A DNA stretch of 64,000 nucleotides from Escherichia phage EC100: the sequence record NC_105587.1; one strand, written 5' to 3'. The position numbers and the translations under genes were made by a program. Numbering within the stretch: position 1 is the first letter of the stretch; the number at the start of each line of letters is the position of its first letter. Positions 62,607-64,000 of this stretch are shown here, in pieces. Under the pieces are notes generated by a model. That model worked only from the letters and a program-made list of their open reading frames with translations, made no database searches and had not been told where the DNA came from.

Positions 62607-62635
62607 TTGCTTAATCCTATAATTCTTGATATAAT
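62607..62635 (+). promoter_or_regulatory. strong sigma70 early promoter
   Basis: TTGCTT/17 bp/TATAAT. Confidence 0.6.
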
Positions 62636-62692
62636 ATTCTCATAGTTTGAAAGAACTATTCTGTTTAATTCTTAATTAAGGAAATATAAAAT

Positions 62693-63103
62693 ATGACTAC
62701 TCCAACTCAGTGGACTGATGAACTGTTTGAAAAAATGTCTTCCGAATATGTTGCTCGTATGGAGCAATTCCCAGAGGATGAACGTCCGGGCGTTAGCATG
62801 GAAATTGTTAGTGAAATTGCCCAGGAAAATGGTGTAACTCCGAACGGTTTTCGTATGAAGCTGACTAAAGCAGGTTTGTATATCAAGAAAGCTGCTGGTT
62901 CTACTTCTAAATCTAGCGCATCTACTGGAGAAAAAGCTTCCGGTGGTTCTCGTACCTCCAAAGCTCAAGCCCATGCCGACCTTCGTTCAGCGTTCTCTGA
63001 TGCTGGCTTAGCACCAGATTTTCTGGATGATGCAATTATCGACAAATTGACCGGTAAAGCGGCTGCTCATCTGGCAGAAGCAATCCGAGCTATCACTAAG
63101 TAA
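62693..63103 (+). CDS. hypothetical protein
   Basis: 136 aa; promoter upstream; Ser/Thr/Ala-rich linker. Confidence 0.55.
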   Translation: MTTPTQWTDELFEKMSSEYVARMEQFPEDERPGVSMEIVSEIAQENGVTPNGFRMKLTKAGLYIKKAAGSTSKSSASTGEKASGGSRTSKAQAHADLRSAFSDAGLAPDFLDDAIIDKLTGKAAAHLAEAIRAITK

Positions 63104-63138
63104 TTTTAGATAAATCCACCACAAAAGGAACTATAGCT

Positions 63139-63435
63139 ATGACTAAAGCTGAAATTATTGCACAGTGCGAAAAATTTGGTGAGTTTTATCTTCATTACGA
63201 GAAACTTCGTCAGAAAGGAACCACGTACCTTCAGGGTACAATGGAATTTGATCCAGCCCAAGATAAATATCTGGCTGAGCGTATTAAACGTGAACGTATT
63301 CGTAAAGCGAAAGATGATGAAATCCTTGTCTTCTCTCGTACTAATGATAGCTTCCGTTTTATTCCTGTCGAGAAAGTTCGTCGTGTGACTAGCCTCCAAT
63401 CAGAGTTAGATCGTGCTTCTCCAGTAGGCCGATAA
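63139..63435 (+). CDS. hypothetical protein
   Basis: 98 aa; terminator follows. Confidence 0.5.
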   Translation: MTKAEIIAQCEKFGEFYLHYEKLRQKGTTYLQGTMEFDPAQDKYLAERIKRERIRKAKDDEILVFSRTNDSFRFIPVEKVRRVTSLQSELDRASPVGR

Positions 63436-63445
63436 GAAAACAATT

Positions 63446-63470
63446 AGCCCCTATATGGGGCTTTTTGTGT
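63446..63470 (+). terminator. rho-independent terminator
   Basis: AGCCCCTATATGGGGCT then TTTTGT. Confidence 0.6.
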
Positions 63471-63485
63471 ATTTGGGATATGTAA

Positions 63486-63794
63486 ATGAGCGAACAGGTA
63501 AATCAAAACTATGAAGGACACGTTGATGACCAGTCCATCATACTTTGGGAGAAGGAGGGAGAACAAGTAAGATTAACAGTATCTGAATTTCGTGGGAATC
63601 TATACATGGGTATTCGTTACTGGCTTCTTGATATTAATGATGAATGGTTTCCAACGAAATCTGGCTTCTCTTTTCCTTACACCCTAGAAACAACATCACA
63701 GCTTTTCTATGCGTTTACACAGATTCTCAGCGAATCTGAGGTTTTACATGAAGTACAGAAACGAGCTGAAGAACTCAAAGCCAAGAATGCCTAG
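63486..63794 (+). CDS. hypothetical protein
   Basis: 102 aa; terminator follows. Confidence 0.5.
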   Translation: MSEQVNQNYEGHVDDQSIILWEKEGEQVRLTVSEFRGNLYMGIRYWLLDINDEWFPTKSGFSFPYTLETTSQLFYAFTQILSESEVLHEVQKRAEELKAKNA

Positions 63795-63805
63795 TTCTTG
63801 GCTTT
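63776..63805 (+). terminator. rho-independent terminator
   Basis: GCCAAGAA-loop-TTCTTGGC then TTTTTCTTT. Confidence 0.6.
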
Positions 63806-63821
63806 TTCTTTATAAATGTAT

Positions 63822-63850
63822 TTGCTTTCAACTCAGTTTTGATATATAAT
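63822..63850 (+). promoter_or_regulatory. strong sigma70 early promoter
   Basis: TTGCTT/17 bp/TATAAT upstream of ligase-like gene. Confidence 0.6.
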
Positions 63851-63881
63851 ATTTATATAAATTAATGAGAGATATAAATAA

Positions 63882-64000
63882 ATGACCAATGTAAAAGAAT
63901 TTATTAAACGCTGTCAAGAAGCATATTATCAAGGCATGTCTTTAATCTCTGATGAAGAATATGATCGCCTGGTAAAACGCTTCCCGTTAGAGGAAGAGAT
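63882..64000 (+). CDS. NAD-dependent DNA ligase, N-terminal fragment (runs off window)
   Basis: 'MTNVKEFIKRCQEAYYQGMSLISDEEYDRLVKRF' resembles LigA N-terminal domain; promoter upstream. Confidence 0.55.
   Translation, partial: MTNVKEFIKRCQEAYYQGMSLISDEEYDRLVKRFPLEEE

Overview
The window is a Tequintavirus (phage T5-like) genome segment; the + strand promoter at 61566-61594 with its leader matches the classical T5 PN25 promoter as I remember it, so this is T5 itself or a very close relative. Layout: (1) 1-9.6 kb, pre-early/first-step-transfer region with dmp, A1 and A2 on the - strand, an HNH endonuclease, and a + strand operon of small proteins; (2) 9.6-11.2 kb, a ~1.6 kb non-coding region with DnaA boxes, tandem repeats, eight copies of a 15-nt iteron, a perfect palindrome and a purine-rich tract (injection-stop/terminal-repeat-like); (3) 11.2-52.7 kb, early genes almost all on the - strand, each operon behind a near-identical strong sigma70 promoter (TTGCTT/17 bp/TATAAT): many small ORFs, two phosphoesterases, thioredoxin-like protein, holin/endolysin, ClpP-like peptidase, dNMP kinase, a GrcA-like glycyl-radical protein, a cluster of about 26 tRNA genes (28.25-40.24 kb) interleaved with small ORFs and an HNH endonuclease, a Toprim protein, a + strand three-gene cassette of low-complexity proteins, SPFH protein, secreted SleB-like hydrolase, REC-like protein, DEDD exonuclease, NADAR protein, RNase H, ThyA, DHFR, NrdB, NrdA, PhoH; (4) 52.9-64 kb, + strand genes: NrdD, Sir2-like protein, HAD-like protein, a primase/helicase-like gene interrupted by one in-frame TGA, and the 5' end of an NAD-dependent DNA ligase. 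Most noteworthy for follow-up: the NADAR candidate anti-DarT gene, the GrcA-like protein, the + strand low-complexity cassette, tRNA-like structured elements in the tRNA-cluster gaps, the SleB/REC pair, the Toprim protein and the TGA-interrupted replication gene. All coordinates were derived by hand from the sequence; tRNA and promoter coordinates are approximate to a few nt, and functional calls rest on motif recognition, not database searches.
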